Origin: Cyanophora paradoxa CCMP329
Taxonomy: Eukaryota; Plantae; Glaucophyta
Assembly: GCA_004431415.1 (NCBI GenBank)
Contig: QPMI01000523.1
Location: forward strand, 62,001-126,000
Reading direction: 5' to 3'
DNA: 64,000 nt
Shown: positions 24,300 through 36,039 of the stretch, piece after piece
Numbering within the stretch: position 1 is the stretch's first letter
Layout of the letters: every line of letters begins with the position of its first letter
Notes under the pieces: generated by a model
The model's database searches: none
What the model was told of the DNA's origin: nothing
The model's input: the letters and a program-made list of their open reading frames with translations, nothing else
Position numbers and translations under genes: made by a program

Positions 24300-24563
24300 C
24301 TACTCTTCTGTGACATTGTTATACTCGATGCCTTTCTTTACAGTTCCCCTTTGGAATGCCTGTAAAACAATCGCTTCCTTGGAGGTAGGTATTTGGATAC
24401 CAGCTGAAATGCAAGATTGAATTTCTTTCTGAACAATCTCATCAATTGCAATTCTTGCCCTGTTGTGAACCACATTATCAATCCAATCCTGAACAGAAGC
24501 AGCGCAATATTCCATTCCCAACTTCTCAATATCAGATAGAACTACTTGGTATATATTTGACAT
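24300..24563 (-). CDS. small protein resembling phage fibre-associated proteins
   Basis: 87 aa with WIDNVVHNRARIAIDEIV; follows the C1q-headed fibres. Resemblance is from recall, not a search. Confidence 0.5.
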   Translation of the reverse strand: MSNIYQVVLSDIEKLGMEYCAASVQDWIDNVVHNRARIAIDEIVQKEIQSCISAGIQIPTSKEAIVLQAFQRGTVKKGIEYNNVTEE

Positions 24564-24584
24564 CTCTACTTAATAGAGAGAAAA

Positions 24585-25604
24585 TTATGTGATACTTAGA
24601 AGTTCACCTGTGAAAAGTGTTCTACTTGAATAACTACCTGTGGAACCTGTGACAAGTGTTACATACTCACCAGCAGGAACATTGATAATTGCACTGAGAG
24701 TAAGAGGTTTGGTTGTGATAGTGGAATTAGCTTCTACTGAAATGTTAACTCCATTGGGTAAAAGATTATTTTTCAGAAAACTAAGACTTATTGCAGCACT
24801 TGTTGTTGAATTGGTATATGCTGTAAATCTATAATCACCTGCAACAAGAGCTGTAAACCTTCCATTAGTAACATCGAATGACCCTGTATTATTTATCAAA
24901 ACGGTTGTCCAATTGATCAGAGCGGCTGCACTTGTAGCAACATGAGTATATCCAAGTTGAACAGAAAATCGTGGCTGAGAAACATATTTTAAATAGCTTG
25001 AATTCAGAGTCAAACGATTGGCTTCCAGAGTTGCAACTACATCACTATTGCGTTTCAGAAGAAGATTTACATTCGCTCCTGTATCTATTTCAGGAGTGAC
25101 CACCTTGGTTGATGCTGTTATTATTGATTCTGTGGAATTGGGAATACTAATTCCAGCATTTGCTGTTACCAATCCTGTAAATGTGCTTGTTCCTGTTATG
25201 CTTACTTGATTGGCTGTAAGGGTTCCATCAATCCTCGCCCCATCTCCAATATAAGCGCCTCCACTTCTTACTACAAGAGCTGAGTTATTGATGGTGTTGT
25301 CAAAGGTAACAATCTTTGGTGTGGTGAACCCTCCCACATCATCATAAATCGCTGAATCTGATAAAATCTGACCTGATTGAACTTGGTTCTTGTTTGAGAC
25401 TATTAGACCTGTGGTTCTCACCTTGCCTGCATTTCGATCACATCGAATTTCTTTGCATCTGATCACAGAATGTTGAGAGAATGAATCGGCTCCTGTGGTC
25501 TCTGTGCAAATGAAACCTGGGGTAGCATCTGTTACTGTATGGTTCAGTTGATGCAATTTCGGCGCTGCATAACAGAAAACAGGAACAGCTATTTGTGTAG
25601 ACAT
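24585..25604 (-). CDS. fibre-like paralog 2 with C-terminal C1q-like head
   Basis: Shared N-domain; G/T-rich shaft; gC1q pattern PRFSV...INWTTVLINNTGSFDVTNGRFTALVAGDYRFT...FTGELL. Confidence 0.75.
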   Translation of the reverse strand: MSTQIAVPVFCYAAPKLHQLNHTVTDATPGFICTETTGADSFSQHSVIRCKEIRCDRNAGKVRTTGLIVSNKNQVQSGQILSDSAIYDDVGGFTTPKIVTFDNTINNSALVVRSGGAYIGDGARIDGTLTANQVSITGTSTFTGLVTANAGISIPNSTESIITASTKVVTPEIDTGANVNLLLKRNSDVVATLEANRLTLNSSYLKYVSQPRFSVQLGYTHVATSAAALINWTTVLINNTGSFDVTNGRFTALVAGDYRFTAYTNSTTSAAISLSFLKNNLLPNGVNISVEANSTITTKPLTLSAIINVPAGEYVTLVTGSTGSYSSRTLFTGELLSIT

Positions 25605-25626
25605 TCTTTATATTATACAAACAATA

Positions 25627-26685
25627 TTATGTAGCACTTACCAGGTAAACCAACAAGATGTGATTGTTTGGAAAGTCAATACTACCTAACATACAGTAAA
25701 TTTGAAGACTGTCTCCCATGGTGAGGGTAATAAGAGCTTCGTAGCACATCTGATTCCTGCTTGATTGACTTGCATATGAAAGAATCAGATTTGTATTGTT
25801 TCCGTTTATTCTTAGTCCAATCTGGGAGGCAGTTGCAGTAATGTCTTCCGTAATTGTAAAATAGACCCTATAAACTCCTGAAACAGGGGCTGTAAATGTT
25901 GCTGGATACAGTTTGTCAAAATGACCCTCATTATTCACAAGATATGTTCCAACTGGAAAAGAAAGTGTTGGGGTGCCGGAACTAACACTTGTTCCAAAAA
26001 TCTGAGCGTTTGCTTGTTGTCCTGAAATACACATTCTTGGGCAATAGCTGCGTTTAAGACCACTGTTTGTTGGAAATGTGATTGCTTTCAGATCTGTTAT
26101 TGTCTTTTCGAGAGTGAAAATGATATCTCCGTTTCGTTTATAATTCACATTTGCATCTGTCCCATTATCCATCTCAGGTGCATTAACTCTTGTAGTAGCT
26201 ATTCGAGTAACATAGTTAACATCTCCTGAGAGACCACCATTAAAGGTCATCAATCCTGTGAATACACTTGTCCCACTCACATTTAATTGGTTTGCTGTAA
26301 CAGTTCCTGCTACATTTGCTCCATCTCCAATGTAGGCACCACCACTCTTCACCACAAGAGCAGAAGTATTGCTTGTGTTACCAAAAGTAATTATCTGTGC
26401 TGTGGTGAATCCACCCACATTATCATACACTGCTGAATCGGGGACTACCTGACCTGCTTGAACTTGGTTTTTATTCGAGATTATAATGCCTGTGGTTCTA
26501 ATCTTGCCTCCATTTCGATCACATCGAATTTCTTTGACCCTCAGTATACTGTTCTCTGTGAAAGAGGTATTACTTGTAGTTTCAGTGCAAATAAAACCGG
26601 GTGTGGAGTCGACTACTTCATGAGAGGTGCTGTGGAGTGATTTGGCTGCAAGTTCATAGTTTGGAATCTCTAAAAGGGAGGTCAT
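25627..26685 (-). CDS. fibre-like paralog 1 with C-terminal C1q-like head
   Basis: Likely start MTSLLEIP; shared N-domain; NNEGHFD...TFTAPVSGVYRVYF...LTMGDSLQIY. Confidence 0.75.
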   Translation of the reverse strand: MTSLLEIPNYELAAKSLHSTSHEVVDSTPGFICTETTSNTSFTENSILRVKEIRCDRNGGKIRTTGIIISNKNQVQAGQVVPDSAVYDNVGGFTTAQIITFGNTSNTSALVVKSGGAYIGDGANVAGTVTANQLNVSGTSVFTGLMTFNGGLSGDVNYVTRIATTRVNAPEMDNGTDANVNYKRNGDIIFTLEKTITDLKAITFPTNSGLKRSYCPRMCISGQQANAQIFGTSVSSGTPTLSFPVGTYLVNNEGHFDKLYPATFTAPVSGVYRVYFTITEDITATASQIGLRINGNNTNLILSYASQSSRNQMCYEALITLTMGDSLQIYCMLGSIDFPNNHILLVYLVSAT

Positions 26686-26704
26686 CTTTATAATTACGAA
26701 ATAG

Positions 26705-29700
26705 TTAAATTGCGACAGCAATGTAATGAATTGTAACTGGAAATCCTGGTCTGTCAAAAGAACTTAATGGAACTATGTCAAGCTCACAAGTGAAATAGCT
26801 ACTGTAAACTTGTTTAAGCCTAACATACATTCGATAGTAGTAGGCTGTCTCATTGTGTTGTATACCAGTTGTTACAATAGGAGGGTTAGCAAAGCTGCTG
26901 TTGAAATTAATAGTGAGGTTAAACCTATGGTCAGGATTTGCCCAAAGATAAGGAGTAGTGTAAACATACGTTCCTGCTTGGATTTTCCCATTAAAATATG
27001 CATTGAGTTGACTGGAAAGATCTGCCTCTGTAATACATCGACTGATGGTCGCATTATTTGAGGGTTCATAGCATAGAAATTTCTTGCATAGGCATTTCCA
27101 CGAACAAGTAAGGTTTTATCAAAGTAATTCTGCGAATTGTGGAAGAACCATGTTTCTTCAAACATAGGTCCTGCTGGTTCTACAATCTGACCTGATCCTA
27201 CATACATTGTGTTGTTGGCTCTGATTGTGGTGGCTGTGAAAGGATCAAGAGTTGGTCTATTGGTCAAATCATTGTAGTTTCCTGAGAAAATTGCAGGTTT
27301 GTTATAGATATCTGTATTCCAATCATGAGTGTGTGCAAAATCTGTAATCTCTGCCTTTGTGTGGGTGTGACCAACATATGCAACATTTCCAAGATCTGTA
27401 ATCTCTGCCTTGGTATGGGTGTGACCCACATATGCAACATTTCCGAGATCTAAGATCTCAGATTTAACATGAGTGTGAGCGAAATTTGTGATATCTGCTC
27501 TTGTGTGGAAGTGTGCAAAATCTGTAATTTGTGATTTGGTGTGAGTGTGTGCAAAATCTGTGATTTCTGCCTTTGTGTGGGTGTGTGATCTATTATTTAG
27601 ATCAAGGAAACTACCCGAAAATGCAACAGGATGCAGATTTGCAGCAGTGGGTTTATTTATGAGATCATTATAATCTCCTGTGAAAGAGATGGTCTTTAGT
27701 TCACCCCTTCCTACATAATCAGAAGGGAGATCAATCTTAATGGGCATAATAGCTGGATCATCAGGTATCTCATACTCACCTCCTGGATGAACCACAGGAA
27801 AGGTTTGATTGCTTTCAGTATGGACAAAGAAGTTACATGCTGTTACTGTTCCATCAATAGTCCCACCTGTGAGAGGGAGGTAATTGCCTGTAACACCAAT
27901 ACCTATACCTGCAATGATTGTATTTAGTTCTGTTTCATCTATGTAGTTCTGAGCTTGAAGGTAATCCTCTGTGACTACTCTCGAAATGCTCTCATTGTGT
28001 ATGTTTTTTGCAGCCATTCTTTGATTGGCTTCCAGAACCCAACCATAATCTGTTTTAATCCATGCAAGCTCTGCCCTTCCATAATTATCATTTGCAGTTC
28101 CCACTATGGGAATGTAGGAATACTTATCTCGACTGAAAACTATCATTGGTCTTGAGCCATCTAAGCTGCTTACATCTGCTACATGAACCTGTATAGCAGA
28201 GTTGTAATTTTGGTAGGTTGCTGGGTCTGTTGGGACTCTGAATGTATCTGTGGGAATGTCAGCCTCCATGTAGCTTGACACAAAGATATTTGGTATGGTT
28301 GCTCCTGGTGGTGGTGGGGTTTCAAAAGAGCCTGGTAATGTCCTAATATGAAGTGGTCCTCTCATAGCTGAATTTGCAAGTGTCCCTTCCACATGAACAT
28401 AGTGGTGATTCAAAAAGATCCTTTCAGGGACATTGCAAGTCTGGTAAAGAGAAACTCCCAGAGTAGCAAGAGGCTCTACTTTTGCGAATTCTGGTTGGTC
28501 ATTGATCTCATCCCAAGTATGTTCATGTTTGCTTGGTGGGAACTCAGTTGGAATCCCATCAATTTCTCCCCAATCATGCCTGTGATCCTCTGGTGGATAC
28601 TTTTGAGGTTTGCCTAAGATCTCATCCCAATCATGATTGTGATCCTCTGGGGGATACTTTGCAGGTTTATTATTAATTTGTTCATAATCAGGAAAGAACT
28701 CCCAGATCTCAGGTCGAAATCCATCTGGTAATAGTTCCTCATGGGGTTCATAAGGTTGCTCATAGTCAACAGCTGGTGGATCAAGACCATCTGGCAAATA
28801 CTCCTCATCAGGTTCATAGTTCTGCTCATACTCAAACTCTTGTGGATCTAAGCCATCTGGTAGTATCTCCTCCTCATTGGGGTCAAATTGATCATATTCA
28901 TATTCTTGTGGGTCAAAACCATCTGGTAAATACTCTTCCTCATCTGGGACGAATTGATATTCATCAAGCTCTAATATATCGACTTCAGGAGGTAAATACT
29001 GCTCATCTATTTGCTTTCTTGGTTCAATTATAGGTTTATTGCGAACTTGCTCCCAACTCACAATATGCTGCCCAAAAGCAACTGTCTCATCTGCTGTGTA
29101 CTCTCTGCCTGGTTGCTTTTTCGGTGTTAAATCCGGTGGATCCATGGAAGAGGGAAGGGAACTGGGACAGGTCCATAATACTCAAAGATCTCTCTTATGG
29201 TCTTCTCACTTACAAGCTTCTCACCATTTGCATACACATTACTGCCATGGATATTTCGCCATTGCCTGGTTCGAATTCCAAGGTCTTTCACATTGCTATA
29301 CAAAGGCAAAAGGTGCCTATCCATTTCAACAAGATCAGGATGTAAATGGATTGCTACTGGCTGACTGGGCTACTGTTGATTGTAATTGATGGCTTTTTTT
29401 GATGGACATCTTTTGGAGTAAAGAACCCAAAAGGCTCATTCCTTGCAAAGTCATATGTAATATCCTTGGGGTAGACATCATTTGTGTAGGAGACCTGATT
29501 TGTATTGGCAATGGGACCCACTTGCAATACTTGGGGGACCTCAGCTTTTGCAGTGCTGCCCTCATTGTAAATTCGCAAAGCTGTGTTCTGTTTGCCCTGC
29601 TCATCTTGAACATTGAAAACCAAACGACCACTATCAAACCTGGAAGGTATATCTGGATGAGTGCCACTGGTTTTTAGTTTCCTAGGTCTCCTTCTTGTTG

Positions 29701-29950
29701 CTTTGATCTCTGCCACTTGGTTTGCTTTCACATTACCCAAACTAAAGGCTACACTGACATCCTCTTTATCTGGATCGGTTTGATTCACAGATAAAGCATG
29801 CTCCCTTGATTGAGTCTTTGATGAATTATCAGAGCTGTGGTCAATTGAAACTGAACCCTTTACTTTAATATTATCAAAGTTCACATGCTTGGTGCTGCTT
29901 GCATTATCATCTTGAATGGTTTCTAGATTTGGTGGGTAATTGAAGCTCAT
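26705..29950 (-). CDS. large tail-fibre-like protein (~1080 aa), split by ~3 frameshifts
   Basis: Joins ORFs 29354-29950, 29127-29324, 26872-29145 and a terminal frame (TINFNSSFANPPIV...IHYIAVAI*). Contains acidic LPDGxDP repeats, PPEDHxHDWxEI repeats, HTHTKAEITDF repeats, YLPLTGGTIDG and FSGNYNDLTNRP. Confidence 0.7.
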
Positions 29951-29993
29951 GGCTTTTACTATATGGATTTATAAAATTCCTGATAAGTAAAAG

Positions 29994-31549
29994 ATGCCTC
30001 TCAAGGTCGTTTTAAGTCTTTCTGGCGGGGGTGCAAGGGGCATTATCATAACCAGGCTGCTAAAAGAAATCGAAAATCGAACTGGCAGGAGAATAATCGA
30101 TCTTGTGGATCTTGTGAGTGGAACTTCCACTGGTGGGATCATTGCAATAGGTTTGAATATAAGGCATCCTGATAAACCAGGTGAACCTAAACTGACAGCA
30201 AACGATTTACACAATATTTACCTAACTCAACTGCCCTTGATTTTCGCAAATCCTCGAAATATAATCGAAAATGCCCTTTTTAATACAAAGTATGATGTGG
30301 GACCCTTGGAGACTGCAATCAATTCAGTTACTGGTGAATCACTAATACAGGATTCCCTAAAGGACATTGTGATTACATCCTTTGATACTCAGAATATGAA
30401 ACCAATATTTATCACAAATGACAACAATTACAACTTTATGCCCTGTAAGATTGCTGCTAGGGCTACTTCTGCTGCTCCTACATACTTTTCACCTGTAAGC
30501 ATTGTTGATTTCAATCGGGGAGTATATGTCTGTCTCATTGATGGTGCCATTTCTGGAAACAATAATCCCAGTGTGTGTGGTTACAGCCATGCAAAGAAAA
30601 TTTACAGTGATGATGATGATATTATAGTAATAAGTATATCTTGTGGAGAGGTGGACCCACATTTAGAGTCTGATTATGTGGGTTATGCTTATGAGACTGT
30701 CAACAGCTGGGGCATTCTCTCATGGATTGCCTCAACAGATGGAAGCCCATTGATTAACATGCTCATGGCTGCAAGTGAGCTTTCTGCCCTTGATAAGATG
30801 GAGGAGTTGTTACCCTACAACTATGATCAGGATTATGGGAGATACTATAGGCTATCAGTCCCACTTCCAAATCATATAGTAAGCTCCCTGGATGACACTT
30901 CTAAAATCCCAGACATGCTTGCATTCACTGAAACATACATTGCAGCAAACAATGATATGATTAATAAGCTTTGCAGCATTCTAGTAGCAAACTATGAATT
31001 AAAGAACCCTTCAAAGGCTTACATATCATCCACTCTCACTACATCACCTCCTTTGGATGCAAATTGGTATCAGCTTGCAGATGATGCCTTCACTGCCTCA
31101 TCCTCTGTGACAGGTAAAGAGCCTTTCATGGCTAGACCTTCAGCATTTGGCTGGGAAGCTGGAGCCTATGCTCCTGAGCAGATATGGGAAACCCCCACTG
31201 AATACCTTCAAGTTGCTTTCCCATATACTTTCGAACTCTCCTCTGTTATTGCCTATGGTTCAGGGACACCAATGCTTTTATTAAGACTTTCAATGTGGCA
31301 ACATCCACTGATGGGATCAACTGGTCTTTTATTCGATCAGATGGGCAGAACAAAATATATGTCTGTGAGAACATTAACAATGCTCACAACTCAGGTGATG
31401 TTGCTTTATTGAGTGGATTTCCTCTCAGCATCAAGGATGCTTTTTACATAGGTTTTTCTCTCAGAATCAAGTATATTCGCATTTATCCCCTTGTGTATGT
31501 GAATGCTCCCACAATGAGAGTGGACTTTACAGGTGCCTTTATTCGATAA
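29994..31549 (+). CDS. patatin-like phospholipase fused to a C-terminal F5/8 type C (discoidin) domain; one frameshift ~31270
   Basis: LSLSGGGARG, GTSTG, ATSAAPTYF, IDGA; C-terminus FTASSS...W...EYLQVAF...FIKTFNVATSTDGINW...KYIRIYPLVYVNAPTMRVDFTG. Confidence 0.85.
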
Positions 31550-32471
31550 ACTCCAACTGAAAAGAATTGTCGATTCCATTCATATCAATCAGTTCACCAA
31601 AGTAATCTTTAAACTCCACAGTGAGTTCCCTTATCACCAGGTTTCTGTCATTTATCTGAATGAATTCGGCATGCTCACCACTATGGTAAACATAGCCGCC
31701 TATATCTTTACTCAATTGCAGTCTAAGGATTGCCCCCTGGTTATGTGGTTGCGATTTCGGGATTATATTGTGTCTGCTGGCAAAGGGGGACAGCTCTTTA
31801 ATATGCATGTACAGATACTGCTCAGCATTCATATCAGACATCTTCCTGCTGTCAAAATAATATTGCAAGGGCTTTGAGGAGAGTCTGGGTCCTGAGAAGG
31901 TGATTCCCCATGCTGGGTGATCAGGTGTAATAGGTTTGCCATCATACTTTAAAAGGTTCTCAGGTCGATAGGGAGATCCACCAGCAGGAGGAGTGCTATA
32001 ATAACCATTGGTGTATTCAGTAGAACTCACACCCAAAAGCTTCCCTATTCTCTGGTTGCTTGCAATAAAACGAAACTCATGGTTACTGTAAAACTCCACT
32101 TTATAGGTAGTTGGGTTATAGAATATCTTGAACTCAAAAGCTACTGTTTTGCCTGCAATGGTTTGGAAGCTTGAATAGTTCAGCCCATAATTATAAGGGT
32201 GTGTTACCCCAAAATGACCCTGGTTAATGTAGCCACTGGGAAGGGGATACACTTTCTGTGTGATGATTTCATTGTATGAACCATCTTGGTAATTAAACTG
32301 AACTGTTAGATGATCAGTTCCCACACTGTTATAGATACTGTTTGGAATCTCTGCATAGAGAACCCTACATTCCCTTGGTCTCTCTACTGGAGTTGTGAGA
32401 GTGACCCTGTAAGAGTTTTCATTTTGTCCTTGGCTTCTATCCCTGCTATCAATATTAACAAGTCGATTCAT
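31539..32471 (-). CDS. minor capsid (penton-like) protein A
   Basis: N-terminal VNIDSRDR...YRVTL...LYAEIPNSIYN and C-terminal LTVEFKDYFGELIDMNGIDNSFQLEF, typical of Polinton/PLV pentons. Confidence 0.75.
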   Translation of the reverse strand: MNRLVNIDSRDRSQGQNENSYRVTLTTPVERPRECRVLYAEIPNSIYNSVGTDHLTVQFNYQDGSYNEIITQKVYPLPSGYINQGHFGVTHPYNYGLNYSSFQTIAGKTVAFEFKIFYNPTTYKVEFYSNHEFRFIASNQRIGKLLGVSSTEYTNGYYSTPPAGGSPYRPENLLKYDGKPITPDHPAWGITFSGPRLSSKPLQYYFDSRKMSDMNAEQYLYMHIKELSPFASRHNIIPKSQPHNQGAILRLQLSKDIGGYVYHSGEHAEFIQINDRNLVIRELTVEFKDYFGELIDMNGIDNSFQLEFIE

Positions 32472-32500
32472 TTTAATATATAAATATAGATAAAAGAAGA

Positions 32501-33511
32501 ATGCCTGTGGATTACATCGAGGTTAGCTCATTTAATACAATCTCTGGTGATGGTCCCACATCAAGCTTTGTGGCTAGACTCCCAAGTTCTTATGAGAATG
32601 TGAGGGCTGTGAGACTGGTATCAGCCGAATTTTATAACAGCATCCCTATGGTGAGTGGTGAAACCAAAGTTGGAGATGTGACAGTTGACAATGCATTTAG
32701 CATTTATTATTCTGAACAAACTCCTGGAGCTGGAAGCTCAGGAATTCCAACAGTTCGCCCAGCTGCTGACTATGAACAATGGAAACAATTCATTATAAGT
32801 CGAAACACCCCCATCCAAAGCCACCAACAACTGGTGAATGTAATTAACTCTAAATTCGAAGGCAGAAATCCCCAACCATCCATTCGCTGCAAATGGGATG
32901 AATCACTGAAACGAATTATATTCCACTCAGCAGTACCATTTTACTTGGCTTTCTCAGTAGCTGTGAACCCAAGCCAACAAACAATCCAAAAGCTGTTGAG
33001 TTCAGCTAGACTGCTGGGTCTTGATCCTGGAAGATATGGTAACTCCCCAATCCAATCACAGGTCTATGATGCTCTCACTGATGGAATCTTTACTGGTGGT
33101 CGAGTGAATGGCATTATATCTTCTTTTGAGCCTGAGAAGACCAGGGACAGTGTTTTGTTTGTGAGAGTAAAGGAGCTGGGTGATCTGGTGCAATGTGGGG
33201 ATGGTCTTCTGACTGGTTACTTCCATAAAATAGTGGTCCCTGACAAAGATTATGGTGAGCATGTAGTTTACAATTCGACAGAGGCTCATCCACTTTACAA
33301 ATACTATAATAAGAAGGTTGGATTATCCACTTTCTCGGTTGATATTGTAAATGCTATTAATGAACCAATTGATTTTGAGGGTCAACCTGTTCATCTGACC
33401 TTTGAAATTCGCTATGGTGATGAGCCAGCAGGAGACCCAGTTTATGAATACTTTAAGATGCGAATGTCACAGCTTCACCCTTCCTATCCAGTAATTACAA
33501 GCTTCGCATAA
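32501..33511 (+). CDS. minor capsid (penton-like) protein B
   Basis: IEVSS...FVARLPSSYENVRAVRLVSAEFYN; LFVRVKEL; FSVDIVNAINEPIDFEGQPVHLTFEI; immediately upstream of the MCP. Confidence 0.75.
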   Translation: MPVDYIEVSSFNTISGDGPTSSFVARLPSSYENVRAVRLVSAEFYNSIPMVSGETKVGDVTVDNAFSIYYSEQTPGAGSSGIPTVRPAADYEQWKQFIISRNTPIQSHQQLVNVINSKFEGRNPQPSIRCKWDESLKRIIFHSAVPFYLAFSVAVNPSQQTIQKLLSSARLLGLDPGRYGNSPIQSQVYDALTDGIFTGGRVNGIISSFEPEKTRDSVLFVRVKELGDLVQCGDGLLTGYFHKIVVPDKDYGEHVVYNSTEAHPLYKYYNKKVGLSTFSVDIVNAINEPIDFEGQPVHLTFEIRYGDEPAGDPVYEYFKMRMSQLHPSYPVITSFA

Positions 33512-33564
33512 ATTAAGGATCATTGGTAGATTTTTTATGTTGCAGTATAATAAAAGAGATAATC

Positions 33565-34928
33565 ATGGATATCACTTCCACTCTTCAAAGACTTTCGCTG
33601 AAAGAAGCCCTAACAACCCCAGAGGAGGCGAAAGCCTTTTTCCTGGATAACTCCCTTATGCTTGGACTCGAATCCAAGTCTAAGCCAGTTCTAGTTGTTG
33701 TGAATCCCAGCAATACTTTGAGAATAATGTTGGAAATCGCATTTCCTTCAAGCTACCTCGCTACAATTTCTGTGGAAAACTCGAACTTGCTTTCGACCTA
33801 CCAGAAATCACTTTTGCTGGTGAAGATCTAGTTCGCAATGGATACACTCGCCCAGTTGGTGCTTTAGTTCAGCGACTTGAAATTACCTATGGATCTTACA
33901 CCTACCACATTCCTTCTGATTTCCTTGCTCATTTCCCCCTGGTCTATTATTCGGAGGATCAACTAGCTAAAAAGAAACGCTCAATGGGCATGGTTCATGG
34001 AATCCCTGCTCATGGAACCAACCGACTTGGTGGCTCATTTTTCGTTGAAATCCCAGTGCCTTGGCTAAATCACTATCTTCCCCTTGGTGCTTTATCTGGT
34101 GAAATGGTTGTTACTGTTTGGTTTAAGGATGCTGGAAAGGGTTATGTTGAAACTTCCTATGGTGGTCGCTCTCTCCCTGTTGTTGGTGGACAGCTGCTGA
34201 TAAGACAGAAGATGATGGTCTTGGTGATACTGCTAATGCTACACTTGCCCATGTTGGTCAAAACATCACCACTTTCAGTCTTGGTGCAACAACCCTGCTA
34301 TTTCAATTACTTCTCCTCGCCTTTACATGCATGCTATTAATGTTTCTGATGAGCTTTTCGCTACTGTAATTGAAAAAGTAAAGACTACTGGCATGGCTAT
34401 TCCCTCCCTTGATATTGGATTTGTAGATGCCATTGCTTTCCCTGCCAAGGGCAATGCCCAGCCCAATCGAATTAACCTCTCTCAAATCTCAGGTCTTGTC
34501 TATGCTCTGCTTGTTTCAGTTCGTGATTATGAGACTGTTGACAAATCCAATGGCTCCCACAGTGTTCTTAAGACCTATGCCAACTCCAAAGAGATAACAT
34601 TCACAACTGAAATAAATGGACAGCGACTTTTGCCACTGAGCCAATTTCTCTACTCAAAGGAGCTGAGCTAATTGCTGATGCCTTCAAATGCTCTAACATG
34701 GATAAGGTTGCAGATAAATATGTCCTTTCAGGACTCCCATTCTGCCTTGATGGAGAAAAGGCAATTCGAAATATTGCTCAAAGTGGATTTGTAGACCTGA
34801 CTAATTCCTCATCTTCATTCCTCACACTCTACATGCCCACAGATAAGACAATCAATGTTCAAGTTCGCGCTTTAATGCATAGTTTCATAATTGTCGACAA
34901 AGATGGTTTGAGGCGTATCAATCTTTAG
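33565..34928 (+). CDS. major capsid protein (double jelly-roll, ~450 aa), split by ~4 frameshifts
   Basis: Reassembled beta-rich protein with ISFKLPR, EIPVPW...YLPLGALSGEMVVTVWF and SGFVDLT; located between penton and ATPase. Confidence 0.7.
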
Positions 34929-35039
34929 AGTCTACAGTAAAGATTGTATGTATTTACTGCATTGTTCTGCAAAAAATGATTTCTTTTTATCTTCTTCTCA
35001 TCATTTAAAGAGAAGTCACATTTAGAATATAAAAGCAAT

Positions 35040-35980
35040 ATGCTGCCTCTTACAACTTCAGATTTCATTGAGCGAAGCAAGGGTAAGTATGGAGACAAAT
35101 TTGGGTATGCGAAAACAGAATACAAAAATGCAAAAACAGTTTTAACAGTTACCTGTAACACTTGCCAGAAAGATTTCACATCTTTACCTCACCACCATCT
35201 AAAGGGTAATGGAGGTTGTAAGAGTTGCAAAAGTGATCTCTACCATAACCTATTTGTAAAGCCAGTCGAGAAGTTCATAGAAGAAGCTCAAGTAATTCAT
35301 GGTGACAAGTAAGATTATTCACAGGTAAAGCAAAATTACAAAAATGCGAAAGTGAAGGTAGCAATCACATGTAAGAGTTGTGGAAATGTGTTTCAGCAAG
35401 AGCCATATTCACATCTTAGAGGTCGAGGTTGTCGAAAATGTGGTCATCAGGAAAAGGGTGCAAAATTGAGGAGCAATACTTTGGAATTCATCTCAAAAGC
35501 AAAGAGCATCCATAGAGACAAGTATGATTATAGTCAAGTTGAATATAAAAACAAGTTTAGTATCGTCAAATTGAAATGCAACATTTGCTTGAATGAATTC
35601 CAACAGGAAGCAAGAGTACATTTAATGGGAAGTGGCTGCATTGCTTGCAAAGCTTCTAAAGGAGAGAATGCAATTGCTTCCATCCTCAATAATATTGGCT
35701 TAGAGTACGAAAGAGAGTATGCTTTCAAGGACTGCAAGGCTCTAAGAGTTCTCCCTTTCGATTTCTATATGCCTGCATTGAAAATAGCTATTGAATATGA
35801 TGGAAAACAACACTTTGAACCTGTTGAATACTTTGGAGGGAACAGGATTTTGAGAAACGAAAACTAAATGATGCTATTAAAACTAGATACTGTGAAGCCA
35901 ACAACATATTACTCCTAAGAATCCCATATACTGAAACAGATATAGAGGGTTGCATTAAACGATTCTTATCTAACCTGTAA
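35040..35980 (+). CDS. Zn-ribbon repeat (DUF723-like x3) + PD-(D/E)XK endonuclease, frameshifted
   Basis: Repeats FI.KAK.IH.DKYDYSQVEY..C..C..F.Q..HL.G.GC..C; C-terminal LPFDFY..KIAIEYDGKQHF and DAIKTRYC..NNILLLRIPY. Confidence 0.8.
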
Positions 35981-36039
35981 ACCATTTTCAGTCTCTCTGC
36001 ATTATTTTTATCTGTCTTTATTTAGAAAGATATACAACA

